This document shows positions 27,928 to 36,836 of a stretch of DNA of 64,000 nt, one piece after another. A program made the translations under genes and the position numbers. The stretch is from the NCBI GenBank assembly GCA_017416205.1, contig JAFQDC010000072.1:1874-65873 (forward strand), written 5' to 3'. Origin of the DNA: Clostridia bacterium (GTDB taxonomy: Bacteria; Bacillota; Clostridia; Oscillospirales; CAG-272). The notes beneath the pieces were generated by a model, which saw nothing but the letters and a program-made list of their open reading frames with translations, was not told the DNA's origin and searched no databases. Positions within the stretch are counted from its first letter, which is position 1. Every line of letters begins with the position of its first letter.

Positions 27928-28170
27928 GTTCTCACCCAGGTAGCAACCCTCATCCGTCTCCCCCGTAGAGACAGAGTTAGTTTATACTTTAACTCCGGAA
28001 ATATAATATGCAATAATCAAACTTTGCTCTGAGGAGCCACCTTCCCCCGAATCATGGGGGAAGGCTTAACTTAGGTCCTCGCTTCTGCGAGGACGGAGCG
28101 GACACGTGAACTCAAAATTTAGCCTTGTGTCACGTCCGCGAGGGGAAGGACTAACTTAGGTCCGTGCTCC
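27928..28170 (+). repeat. Right end of the multi-hairpin element: inverted box, P1, P2 and P3 hairpins
   Basis: Box' at 27928-27955, gttctcacccaggtagcaaccctcatcc. P1 at 28039-28063. P2 at 28074-28093, gtcctcgc-ttct-gcgaggac. P3 at 28098-28139, gcggacacgtg...cacgtccgc. Confidence 0.8.
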
Positions 28171-28256
28171 TTTTCTTAAACATTTTCTCTTGATTTACTT
28201 CTTTTCATTTGATATAATAAATCATTAAGATAAAAATCAAGGAAGGATTATAAATA

Positions 28257-30077
28257 ATGGCAGAAACTTCCGAAAGACTCAGTCACATAAGAAACTTTTC
28301 AATAATTGCCCATATCGACCACGGTAAGTCTACCTTGGCTGACAGAATCCTCGAATTCTCCGATACGGTAGAGAAGCGTGATATGGAGGAACAGCTCCTT
28401 GACGATATGGACCTTGAGCGCGAGCGCGGTATTACCATCAAGGCCCGCGCCGTTCGTATCGACTACAAGGCAAAGGACGGGGAGGAGTATCAGCTCAACC
28501 TTATCGACACCCCCGGACACGTGGACTTTAACTACGAGGTATCCCGTTCCCTTAACGCCTGCGAGGGCGCACTTCTTGTTGTAGACGCAACTCAGGGAAT
28601 CGAGGCTCAGACTCTTGCAAACGCATATCTTGCAGTAGACGCTGACCTTGAGATAGTTCCCGTTATCAATAAGATAGACCTCCCCTCGGCAATGGTAGAT
28701 AAGTGCCGCGAGGAGATCGAGGACGTTATCGGTATTCCCGCAGAGGGATGCCCTGCCGTGAGCGCAAAAACAGGTCTCAATATCGGTGACGTGCTTGATG
28801 CTATCATTGAGTATATCCCCTCTCCCAAGGGCAATGAGAATGCGCCCCTTCGCGCCCTTATTTTTGACTCTGTATATAACTCATATCTCGGCGTTGTCGT
28901 ATATATCCGCCTCATTGACGGAACGGTCCGCCCCGGCGATAAGATACGCCTTATGAGTACGGGCGCTGAGTTTGACGTTGTTGAGGTTGGCGCAATGAAG
29001 CCCTTCGGTCTTCAGAAGCAGGACTGTCTCCGCGCGGGCGAGGTTGGATATATCACAGCATCCATAAAGACCGTTTCCGAAACGAGAGTGGGTGATACCG
29101 TAACTCTTGCAGATGACCCCTGCGATGAGGCTCTTCCCGGTTTCCAGAGCGTTCAGCCCATGGTTTATGCGGGTATCTATCCTGCAGACGGCGCAAAGTA
29201 TAACGAAACGAAGGAAGCTCTTGAAAAGCTCCAGCTCAACGATGCGGCTCTCGTATTCGAGCCTGAAACGTCTGCAGCCCTCGGCTTTGGTTTCCGTTGC
29301 GGCTTCCTCGGCCTTCTCCATATGGAGATCATCGAGGAGCGACTTGAGCGTGAATTCAATCTTGATATCATCACAACTGCTCCCTCCGTTATCTATGAGG
29401 TAAAGGTACACGGCGGCGAGATCATTCGTGTTGATAACCCTACGAACTACCCCTCCCCCGATGCTATAGAATGCGCATACGAGCCGATCGTTGCCGCATC
29501 CATTATTACTCCTGCGGAGTACGTTGGCGGAATCATGGATCTCTGTCAGGACAGACGAGGCGAGTATATAGATATGAAGTATCTTGACACTGACCGTGTG
29601 GAGCTTCATTACGATCTGCCCCTTAACGAGATAATCTACGACTTTTTCGATGCTCTCAAGAGCCGCAGCCGCGGATATGCTTCCCTTGACTACGATATGA
29701 AGGGATACGTGGAGAGCGACCTTGTAAAGCTTGACTTTATGCTCAACGGCGACGTGGTGGATGCTCTCACCTTTATCGTTCACCGCGAAAAGGCGTATAC
29801 CCGTGCGAGAAAGATCGCCGCAAAGCTTAAGGATAACATTCCCCGTCAGCTCTTCGAGGTGCCCATTCAGGCGGCTATCGGCTCTAAGATCATTGCCCGC
29901 GAAACTGTTAAGGCTATGAGAAAAGACGTGCTTGCAAAGTGCTACGGCGGTGACATTACCCGTAAGAAGAAGCTTCTTGAAAAGCAGAAAGAGGGTAAAA
30001 AGAAGATGCGTCAGCTTGGCAGCGTTCAGGTGTCTCCCGAGGCATTTATGGCCGTCCTCAAGCTTGACGAGGATTGA
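28257..30077 (+). CDS. lepA: Translation elongation factor 4 (LepA)
   Basis: [33 protein letters not shown] and a LepA C-terminal domain. Confidence 0.98.
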   Translation: MAETSERLSHIRNFSIIAHIDHGKSTLADRILEFSDTVEKRDMEEQLLDDMDLERERGITIKARAVRIDYKAKDGEEYQLNLIDTPGHVDFNYEVSRSLNACEGALLVVDATQGIEAQTLANAYLAVDADLEIVPVINKIDLPSAMVDKCREEIEDVIGIPAEGCPAVSAKTGLNIGDVLDAIIEYIPSPKGNENAPLRALIFDSVYNSYLGVVVYIRLIDGTVRPGDKIRLMSTGAEFDVVEVGAMKPFGLQKQDCLRAGEVGYITASIKTVSETRVGDTVTLADDPCDEALPGFQSVQPMVYAGIYPADGAKYNETKEALEKLQLNDAALVFEPETSAALGFGFRCGFLGLLHMEIIEERLEREFNLDIITTAPSVIYEVKVHGGEIIRVDNPTNYPSPDAIECAYEPIVAASIITPAEYVGGIMDLCQDRRGEYIDMKYLDTDRVELHYDLPLNEIIYDFFDALKSRSRGYASLDYDMKGYVESDLVKLDFMLNGDVVDALTFIVHREKAYTRARKIAAKLKDNIPRQLFEVPIQAAIGSKIIARETVKAMRKDVLAKCYGGDITRKKKLLEKQKEGKKKMRQLGSVQVSPEAFMAVLKLDED

Positions 30078-30086
30078 TAAGCGGGA

Positions 30087-31061
30087 ATGGATAAGAAAAA
30101 GATACCCACACTTGCCCTTGCCCCAATGGCAGGCTTTACGGATGCGCCCTTTCGCCTTATGTGCTACAAAAACGGTTGCGACATTGCCGTAACCGAAATG
30201 ATAAGCGCAAAGGCAATGACCTACCGTGACAAAAAAACAGGTGAGCTTGCCCGTCTTCCAAAGGGGGACTCTCCTACGGCGATCCAGCTTTTCGGCCATG
30301 AGCCCCACGTTATGGCGGCGGCTGCAAGGATGATCGAGGAATGCTCCTTTGAGGGATGCGATTTTTCAGAAAAGCCCGTAGCTATTGATATAAATATGGG
30401 CTGTCCCGTGAAAAAGATAGCTCTTTCGGGCGATGGGTCTGCTCTTATGAAGGACCCGAGGCTTGCCTGCGATATCGTATATTCTATCAAAAATGCCGTG
30501 TCTCTTCCCGTAACGGTGAAGATACGGGCAGGCTGGGATAAAAGATCAAAGAATGCCGTTGACGTGGCTCTTGCCTGCACTGAGGGTGGAGCGAGCGTTG
30601 TGGCAGTTCACGCGCGAACGAGAGAAGAGCTTTATAATCCGGGGATAGATATGGATATCATCGCCCGTGTTCGGGATGCTCTCCCTCCCGAGGTGCAGGT
30701 CTTTGGAAACGGAGACGTGACTGACGGAAAAAGCGCTCTTGAAATGGCAGAGAAAACCGGCTGCGACGGCATAATGATCGGCAGAGAGGCTCTCGGCAAT
30801 CCTTGGATATTTGATGAGATCAAGGCCTATTTCAAGGGCGAGGAATACCTCGAAAAAACAAAGGAAGAGCGTATTTCTGCGGCTGTGTCCTTAGTATCGT
30901 CTATCGTTGAAATGAAAGGCGAGGAGCGAGGCATCCGAGAAGCGAGAGGCCGCGCCGCTCACTTTATCAGAGGTCTTCGGGGAAGCGCGGAGAAACGTGC
31001 TGCTCTCAACTCGGCAAAAAGCCTTTCTGAGTTTGTGTCTATTCTCAATGAGTGGGAATAA
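30087..31061 (+). CDS. dus: tRNA-dihydrouridine synthase
   Basis: LAPMAGFTD..FR, IDINMGCP, VTVKIR, HART/HARTRE motifs. Confidence 0.92.
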   Translation: MDKKKIPTLALAPMAGFTDAPFRLMCYKNGCDIAVTEMISAKAMTYRDKKTGELARLPKGDSPTAIQLFGHEPHVMAAAARMIEECSFEGCDFSEKPVAIDINMGCPVKKIALSGDGSALMKDPRLACDIVYSIKNAVSLPVTVKIRAGWDKRSKNAVDVALACTEGGASVVAVHARTREELYNPGIDMDIIARVRDALPPEVQVFGNGDVTDGKSALEMAEKTGCDGIMIGREALGNPWIFDEIKAYFKGEEYLEKTKEERISAAVSLVSSIVEMKGEERGIREARGRAAHFIRGLRGSAEKRAALNSAKSLSEFVSILNEWE

Positions 31062-31064
31062 AAC

Positions 31065-31090
31065 AAAAAAGCTCCTTTGGGAGCTTTTTT
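31065..31090 (+). terminator. Rho-independent terminator of dus
   Basis: aaaaaagctcc-tttg-ggagctttttt. Confidence 0.85.
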
Positions 31091-31155
31091 GAGTGAAGAG
31101 AGAAAAGAGAAGAGAGAAGAGAAAAGGTAAAAATCCGCCGTCAGGCGGATTTTTT
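31091..31155 (+). repeat. Purine-rich 3'UTR module, copy 2
   Basis: gagtgaagagagaaaagagaagagagaagagaaaagg, then the hairpin aaaaatccgcc-gtca-ggcggattttt. Confidence 0.7.
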
Positions 31156-31164
31156 CGTTCAAGT

Positions 31165-31530
31165 CCTTCCCCCGAAGATCTGGGGGAAGGGGGACCGCTT
31201 GCGGTGGATGAGGGTTTGCTACCTGGGTAAGAACCAAATTAAGTTTTATAGTGCTACGAGTCATGATAGTTTTTATACACTATTCAATTATCACTCAACT
31301 AAATTTACAGACAGATCGTGTCCAGATAGCAAACCCTCATCCGTCTCCCCCATATAGAATACTCTTGATTTGATGTATGGAGCCGGAAATTCAGCATGCA
31401 GTTACCATCTTTACTTTAGGGAGCCACCTTCCCCCGAATCTTTGGGGGAAGGACTTGATTGGGTCCTCGCCTTTGCGAGGACAGAGCGGGCATATGTATT
31501 TTTAGTTTGGTTTTGCATCACGTCGGCGGG
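31165..31530 (+). mobile_element. Gene-less miniature copy (MITE-like) of the multi-hairpin element
   Basis: P1 31165-31190, box 31206-31235, 82-nt core, box' 31318-31342, P1 31427-31452, P2 31463-31482, then a P3-like end. Module order matches 25568-28170 and the two P1-to-box gaps are within 1 nt. Confidence 0.6.
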
Positions 31531-31544
31531 AGAAAGGCATAATA

Positions 31545-31574
31545 AAATGCGGCAGTTTTAATACCGCCGCATTT
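31545..31574 (-). terminator. Terminator of the minus-strand islet operon
   Basis: aaatgcggc...gccgcattt with a T-run on the minus strand. Confidence 0.6.
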
Positions 31575-31578
31575 GTGC

Positions 31579-32331
31579 CTATTCCTGTGTTTTGTCAGAA
31601 GAAGTTAAATTGTCTTCAGTTTCTTTTACCTCTATCACTCTGTAAACATCTGAAAACAATCCGGTGCGAATTTCAACTACTACAACGTCCGATGTGCTTG
31701 CATTCATGCTATGCCTGAACGTCAATTCTTCAATTTCGTATTTGCAGTCAGCAATTACGGGAGATGCTTTATATGTTCGTGTACTTATTGCGAAAGGATG
31801 ACTGGCTGTATATTCGTCTGTTTGTTCCATCAATAAATATTCTGCTCTGTAAGGTTCATTGTGAGACAATGCCACATTGAGAATGTTTACCGTGCAGAAC
31901 GAAAATATAATAAGGGATATAAGAATTGAAACAGTTGGCACTATACAGTCCTTTTTCTTTTTTGATTTGCACTTCAATCCAACAAACAAAGATATTATAA
32001 GCGCGCCGACAATTATAAAGATCAATACATAGGGGGAAGTGTCGGTAAAAGTAACATAATCCCATCCAAAACTTTCTACTCTTAAAAGATAAAAAATTAT
32101 TATGATCAACTGAAAATAAAAATCATTGTTTACAGCAAGATAACACATATAAGCGACAGTAAATAGAGATATGCACAGTAAAGCAACAGCAAACACAAAT
32201 GAAGGGATTATATTGTCCTTAAAAATTACTGTAAAAGCAATGATCGAAAAGTGTATGAACATTAATATGTTTTTAAATATTGTGGAAGTTATTTTGCTTT
32301 TAATATTATCAGACATATTTTCCTCCTCCAA
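31579..32331 (-). CDS. Hypothetical 5-TM membrane protein with a roughly 90-aa soluble C-terminus
   Basis: AT-rich ORF with five hydrophobic helices. No recognisable motif. Confidence 0.55.
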   Translation of the reverse strand: MEEENMSDNIKSKITSTIFKNILMFIHFSIIAFTVIFKDNIIPSFVFAVALLCISLFTVAYMCYLAVNNDFYFQLIIIIFYLLRVESFGWDYVTFTDTSPYVLIFIIVGALIISLFVGLKCKSKKKKDCIVPTVSILISLIIFSFCTVNILNVALSHNEPYRAEYLLMEQTDEYTASHPFAISTRTYKASPVIADCKYEIEELTFRHSMNASTSDVVVVEIRTGLFSDVYRVIEVKETEDNLTSSDKTQE

Positions 32332-32552
32332 TATAAATCAGGGGCGCTGATATGGGCTTTTACGGGGGCTATTTGCGCTTTTTATCAGAGGATACAGAAA
32401 CACCTGCCATCTTTTGAGGAACATCTGCATCTATCAACGGCATTTCCGCATATTTCTTATAATACTCAATGATATATGCCCATACTTGCTTATAATTTAA
32501 ATAGTTGTAGTATATGTAAATTTTTTCGTGTTGGGTGTGAATAACTAAAGCA

Positions 32553-32870
32553 TCAAACTATTGGAATAAACTTTATTCCTTTATATTCAAGACGTCTGAT
32601 TCTATCCCAAGAGTATTCATATTTTCGTCCTCTGTCTTCTATTTTGATTCCGGTCGAATCTATCTCAACATAGTTTTTATATTCACGTATCGATAAACTA
32701 AACTGATATATCATAACTGCTGAATTACTTGATACAAACACAATAAAGACTTCATGGGTCAGTATGTCAGAAACAAAATAAAGCAAGGTTATAAAACCTA
32801 TAAAAATTATGATGTATACACACATCAATATGTTTTGCTTTTTCTTGTCTATTTTAAAAATTCTTTTCAT
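32553..32870 (-). CDS. Small 2-TM protein with a possible bacterial-PH-like C-terminus
   Basis: TM hairpin followed by YVEIDSTGIKIEDRGRKYEYSWDRIRRLEY. Confidence 0.45.
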   Translation of the reverse strand: MKRIFKIDKKKQNILMCVYIIIFIGFITLLYFVSDILTHEVFIVFVSSNSAVMIYQFSLSIREYKNYVEIDSTGIKIEDRGRKYEYSWDRIRRLEYKGIKFIPIV

Positions 32871-32948
32871 ATTGTTTATTCTTTGAATTTAATTTTGTCG
32901 GGTTGGAGGTGATCCAAAAATATAGAGACATAACTATAATGCTTCTCT

Positions 32949-33482
32949 TTATTCATTGTGAGGGATTACTTGGAACTTTATAATTCCATTAGGTTCATAA
33001 GCAATAAGTTCAGCTACTTTTCCTTTTGCCCATTTGCTTCTGCCGTCAAGCCAATTCGCTCTGTCAAATTCGCCTAAGGTTATTGCCGCAATGTAGTATT
33101 GACACTCACTATGTACTGTATCAAGGGCATCCATGTATGCTTTCAATTTGTGAAAATCACGAATGACTAAATCTTCTACTTTATAACAATTGCTTGCCTT
33201 ATATTTTAGTTCGAATACAGCAACAATTTTGTTGGAATTTTTATCAATAACAACCATATCAGGCGTATAGTTTAATTGTGAGAATCCATATTGAGTGCAT
33301 TCAGTATATATACAAAAATCTTTAAAATCAGGGCTTTTTTCAAAATAATTACGAAGATAGAAGTACAAAACATTTTTTAAAGTATCTTCATTCAAAACAA
33401 GGTCGTTGTTGTAGTCATCGGCAATGTTTTTTACCCATATTTTTTTGATAGTTGCATCAAGCTTTTGGATTTGTTTGTTCAT
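32949..33482 (-). CDS. Hypothetical protein, possible PD-(D/E)xK nuclease fold
   Basis: TPDMVVID followed 16 aa later by VFELKYK, the classical D...ExK spacing on consecutive predicted beta strands. No other motif. Confidence 0.4.
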   Translation of the reverse strand: MNKQIQKLDATIKKIWVKNIADDYNNDLVLNEDTLKNVLYFYLRNYFEKSPDFKDFCIYTECTQYGFSQLNYTPDMVVIDKNSNKIVAVFELKYKASNCYKVEDLVIRDFHKLKAYMDALDTVHSECQYYIAAITLGEFDRANWLDGRSKWAKGKVAELIAYEPNGIIKFQVIPHNE

Positions 33483-33692
33483 TATGATTGTATCCTCATT
33501 AATATCATTTTTCTTAGTGTATCACATCTGGTACGAGAAAACAATGCTTAAACCATTGAAAAGGTAGTATGGTCGTTTGGCTTTGTAATTTGTTTTGGCG
33601 CGAGAGATATCACGAACACCTATTTATCCATCCTTTCTCTTGACTTTTCCCCTACAGATGATAAAATAGTATCTAGGAAAGTATGGGAAGGA

Positions 33693-35531
33693 GTGACCGA
33701 TATAAAAGCGCTTTTCAATAATATCAAAAGGGCGGCGGGAGAGGCTGAATTTTCCTTTGGCGACCTGTTTGCGTCCTTTGCCTTTGCCTTTATCGTCGCT
33801 TCCTTCGTTTTCTGCATGGGCGGAGATTTTCGCGACCTTGCCTACGTGCGCCAGTATCCCTTATGGATACCCGTTCTCATATGCTTTCTCGGCACGGCTT
33901 TTGCGGTTACGGTAACTCTTCTGTTGAAAACAAAAGGCGTTCTTGCGTGGCTTCTTGTCACCTCTGCAACCGTTTTTTCAATAGTCCTCGTTACGGTAAA
34001 TCACTCCGATATCTATTTCAATATAGGAGTCAGCGCAGTTCTTATCCTCGTTGCAAAATACGCATCTGACGGCGACAAGCTGGGCCTTTCAAAAATAAAG
34101 CTTTCAGACCGACAGACCTTAATTATCACAGCAGTTCTTGTCTGCATTTTCACAGCCGCCGTCTATATTCTCACTGCGGCAAAATACAAGGCATTTTATC
34201 ATTCTGCCTTTGATTTCGGAATTTTCTGTCAGGCATTTGAGGGTATGGCCGAAACAGGCCTTCCATACACCACCATTGAAAGAAGCGAGTATCTGAGCCA
34301 CTTTGCGGTTCATTTTTCACCCTTCTTCTATTTGCTCCTGCCGGGATACTTTTTGTGGAGATCCCCTCTGTATCTTCTTTTCTGTCAGGCTCTCGGCATT
34401 GCTCTCGGAGCGTTCCCCGTAAGACGTATCTGCAAAGATCTCGGCTTTTCAAACGGCGCGTCTCTTGGGGCTGTTGGAATATATCTGCTGTTTCCCACAA
34501 TGGCCAACGGCTGCTACTATGATTTTCACGAAAACAAATTCCTTGCAGTGCTTATTCTGTGGCTCGTTTGCTTTGCCATTGAGAAAAGGCCCCTCGGAAT
34601 AATAATTTTTGCTTTCCTTGTGCTCACGGTGAAGGAGGATGCTTTCATATACGTGATCGCCGTGTGCCTCTGGATGATCGTGACGAAAAGAAACCGTCTC
34701 CTTGCTCTTATCCTTGCGGTAGTGTCTGTCGGCTGGTTTTTCTTTGCCTGCTCAATGATCCAGCTTTCCGGCGGCGAGATAATGACGGGCAGATTTTCAA
34801 ACTATACCTCAGGGGAGGGCGGCAGTCTTTTTGATGCCGTGCGTACCTGCTTTATTGATATAGGATTCCTCCTTAGGGAGGTATTTTCGGGAGCGGATAC
34901 GGAGGCGTTCCGCGAAATGACCTATACGGGTCAGAAAATGGAATTTGTCCTCTGGACCTGCGTACCTTTGCTTTTTACACCCTTTTTGAAAAAGCGCCCC
35001 TCGGAGCTTATCCTGCTCCTGCCCTTACTTGTAATAAACCTGATGCCCTCATGGATGTATCAGTATGACGTTGATTTTCAGTATACCTACGGCACGGCAA
35101 CCCTCCTTATCCTTTCGGCGTTTTTCTTTGCGGGAGAGCTGTCGGCAAATCGTCGGAGAGGGGCTCTTTGCTGTATGCTCATTCTCTCTGCAGTATTTGC
35201 AACATCTCTCATATCCCCGAAGATCGGCGCGTACTGCAACAGCTATTACGGCAATAAAGAAAAATACGATGCAACACAAAAGGCTCTTGAGATGATCCCC
35301 GAGGATGCCTCTGTAACTGCATACGGATATATAGTCCCCCACCTCTGGTACGTTGATGATCTGCGCACCTGCCCCGAATATTATAAGGAGCTTGCAAAGA
35401 CCGATTATTATATAGTAGACGTGCGATATGATTACGATAAGTTTACCGAAGAGATGTACGAGACTATGGCGGACGACTACTCCCTGGTTAAGGAAGAGGG
35501 ATATATAAAAATTTACAAGCGTGGAGAATAA
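33693..35531 (+). CDS. DUF2079-like polytopic membrane protein
   Basis: SAFDFGIFCQ motif plus HFSPFFYLLLP, more than 10 TM segments. The start codon (GTG 33693) is uncertain because the SD abuts it. Confidence 0.65.
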   Translation: MTDIKALFNNIKRAAGEAEFSFGDLFASFAFAFIVASFVFCMGGDFRDLAYVRQYPLWIPVLICFLGTAFAVTVTLLLKTKGVLAWLLVTSATVFSIVLVTVNHSDIYFNIGVSAVLILVAKYASDGDKLGLSKIKLSDRQTLIITAVLVCIFTAAVYILTAAKYKAFYHSAFDFGIFCQAFEGMAETGLPYTTIERSEYLSHFAVHFSPFFYLLLPGYFLWRSPLYLLFCQALGIALGAFPVRRICKDLGFSNGASLGAVGIYLLFPTMANGCYYDFHENKFLAVLILWLVCFAIEKRPLGIIIFAFLVLTVKEDAFIYVIAVCLWMIVTKRNRLLALILAVVSVGWFFFACSMIQLSGGEIMTGRFSNYTSGEGGSLFDAVRTCFIDIGFLLREVFSGADTEAFREMTYTGQKMEFVLWTCVPLLFTPFLKKRPSELILLLPLLVINLMPSWMYQYDVDFQYTYGTATLLILSAFFFAGELSANRRRGALCCMLILSAVFATSLISPKIGAYCNSYYGNKEKYDATQKALEMIPEDASVTAYGYIVPHLWYVDDLRTCPEYYKELAKTDYYIVDVRYDYDKFTEEMYETMADDYSLVKEEGYIKIYKRGE

Positions 35532-36206
35532 ATGAAGGACACATCGGATATTCATAAGAACCACCGCAAGAGAATGCGGGAGAAATACGAAAAGCACGGA
35601 GCTGATTTCTTTGAAACTCATCAGCTTTTTGAAATGCTTATGTTCCATTCAATGAGGCAGGGGGATACGAACCCTGCGGCCCACAGCCTTCTCAATGCCC
35701 ATCCCAAGGGCGCCGCAAACGTTACCTCCTCAAAGGAGCTTTGCGATGCCGAGGGAATAGGAGAGGTCAGCGCAAATCTTTTGAGGATATCTCAGGATAC
35801 CTCGATCCGCATTCTTTGCGATACTCTCGCATCTGAGCCTATGGAGGATGAGTTTACCCTTAGAATGTTTTTGTGGCTCTATTTTCGCAATAAGCCTGCG
35901 GGGTATGCGGCGGCTCTGCTCCTTGATTCAAAGGACAGGCTCATTGACTGCGTGCTTCTGGCAAAGGGAAGAACGGTGAGAGCCGAGAATTATTCCGACG
36001 TTCTGCTTTTCGAAATGGAAAAGGCTGATGCAAAGAAGGCTGTTATCTGCCATAATCACATAAACAATGACCCGAGGCCCTCACTTGACGATAAGGCCCT
36101 GACCTTGTACTTAAAAAGAAAGCTTTTGGAAAAGGGCTTTGAGCTCAGAGAGCATTATCTTGTAACGGATACTAGATGTGTGAGCGTTTTTGAAAATATC
36201 AGATAA
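35532..36206 (+). CDS. radC: RadC-family JAB/MPN domain protein
   Basis: N-terminal HRKRMREKY..HQLFEMLMF and the JAMM-like motif HNHINNDPRPSLDD. Confidence 0.8.
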   Translation: MKDTSDIHKNHRKRMREKYEKHGADFFETHQLFEMLMFHSMRQGDTNPAAHSLLNAHPKGAANVTSSKELCDAEGIGEVSANLLRISQDTSIRILCDTLASEPMEDEFTLRMFLWLYFRNKPAGYAAALLLDSKDRLIDCVLLAKGRTVRAENYSDVLLFEMEKADAKKAVICHNHINNDPRPSLDDKALTLYLKRKLLEKGFELREHYLVTDTRCVSVFENIR

Positions 36207-36218
36207 ACGGAGAAAGCT

Positions 36219-36743
36219 ATGAGAAAGTTAAGTGAATATCTTGAATGTGCGTGTATTGTGGGAACTCACGGTGTAAAGGGAGCTGTGCGCCTTGAAAACC
36301 GTTGCGATTCCCCTGCAGTTCTTGCAAAGCTTAAGAGAATGTATATAAAAAAGGGAGAGGACTACAAGGAGATGACCGTAGTTCATTCCTCCGTTCAGAA
36401 AAATATGGTGCTTACTACCTTTGAGGGAGTGGAGTCCGTTGAGGCGGCGGCAGCTATGAGAGGAACTGTTCTTTATGCCGCGAGAGAGGACTTCCGTCTT
36501 CGACGCGGAGAGTATTTCTGGGCGGATATGATGGGACTTCCCGTCATTGATGATGAAACGGGAGAGGTGTACGGCACTCTTTCCAATATCCTTACCCCCG
36601 GCGCACATCAGGTGTACGTGGTGAAGAGAGAGACGGGAGAATTTATGATCCCCGCAGTGCCCGAGTTTATAAAGGAGATCTCTATGGGCGAAGAAAGACC
36701 CGAGGGAATCTACGTTAAGCTTATTGAGGGAATGATGGAATAA
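36219..36743 (+). CDS. rimM: 16S rRNA processing protein RimM
   Basis: GTHGVKGAVRLE N-terminus, PRC-barrel C-terminus, upstream of trmD. Confidence 0.9.
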   Translation: MRKLSEYLECACIVGTHGVKGAVRLENRCDSPAVLAKLKRMYIKKGEDYKEMTVVHSSVQKNMVLTTFEGVESVEAAAAMRGTVLYAAREDFRLRRGEYFWADMMGLPVIDDETGEVYGTLSNILTPGAHQVYVVKRETGEFMIPAVPEFIKEISMGEERPEGIYVKLIEGMME

Positions 36744-36807
36744 AAGAGAAGAGATAAGAGAGAAAAGAGAAGAGAAAAGGAAATTTTTCGCAAAAGCGAA
36801 AAATATT
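36744..36807 (+). repeat. Purine-rich 3'UTR module, copy 3 (rimM-trmD intercistronic)
   Basis: aagagaagagataagagagaaaagagaagagaaaagg, then the hairpin aaatttttcgc-aaaa-gcgaaaaatatt. 36748-36780 is identical to the reverse complement of 56199-56231. Confidence 0.75.
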
Positions 36808-36836
36808 ATGAATAAAAAAGAGAAGAGCGAAACGGA

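Noticed and set aside
28881-30308. 475-aa minus-strand ORF, plus similar long shadow ORFs (4594-5378, 7060-7692, 10930-11718, 11908-12669, 36228-37187, 39831-40565, 41548-42255, 45474-46064, 51001-51711, 60600-61307, 61536-62297)
   Set aside because: Each is antisense to, or out of frame with, a gene that has clear family motifs (lepA, Na/Pi transporters, COG0523, rimM/trmD, esterase, GH1, sbcC-like, lspA/rluD, U32, dut/maf). The translations look non-protein-like.
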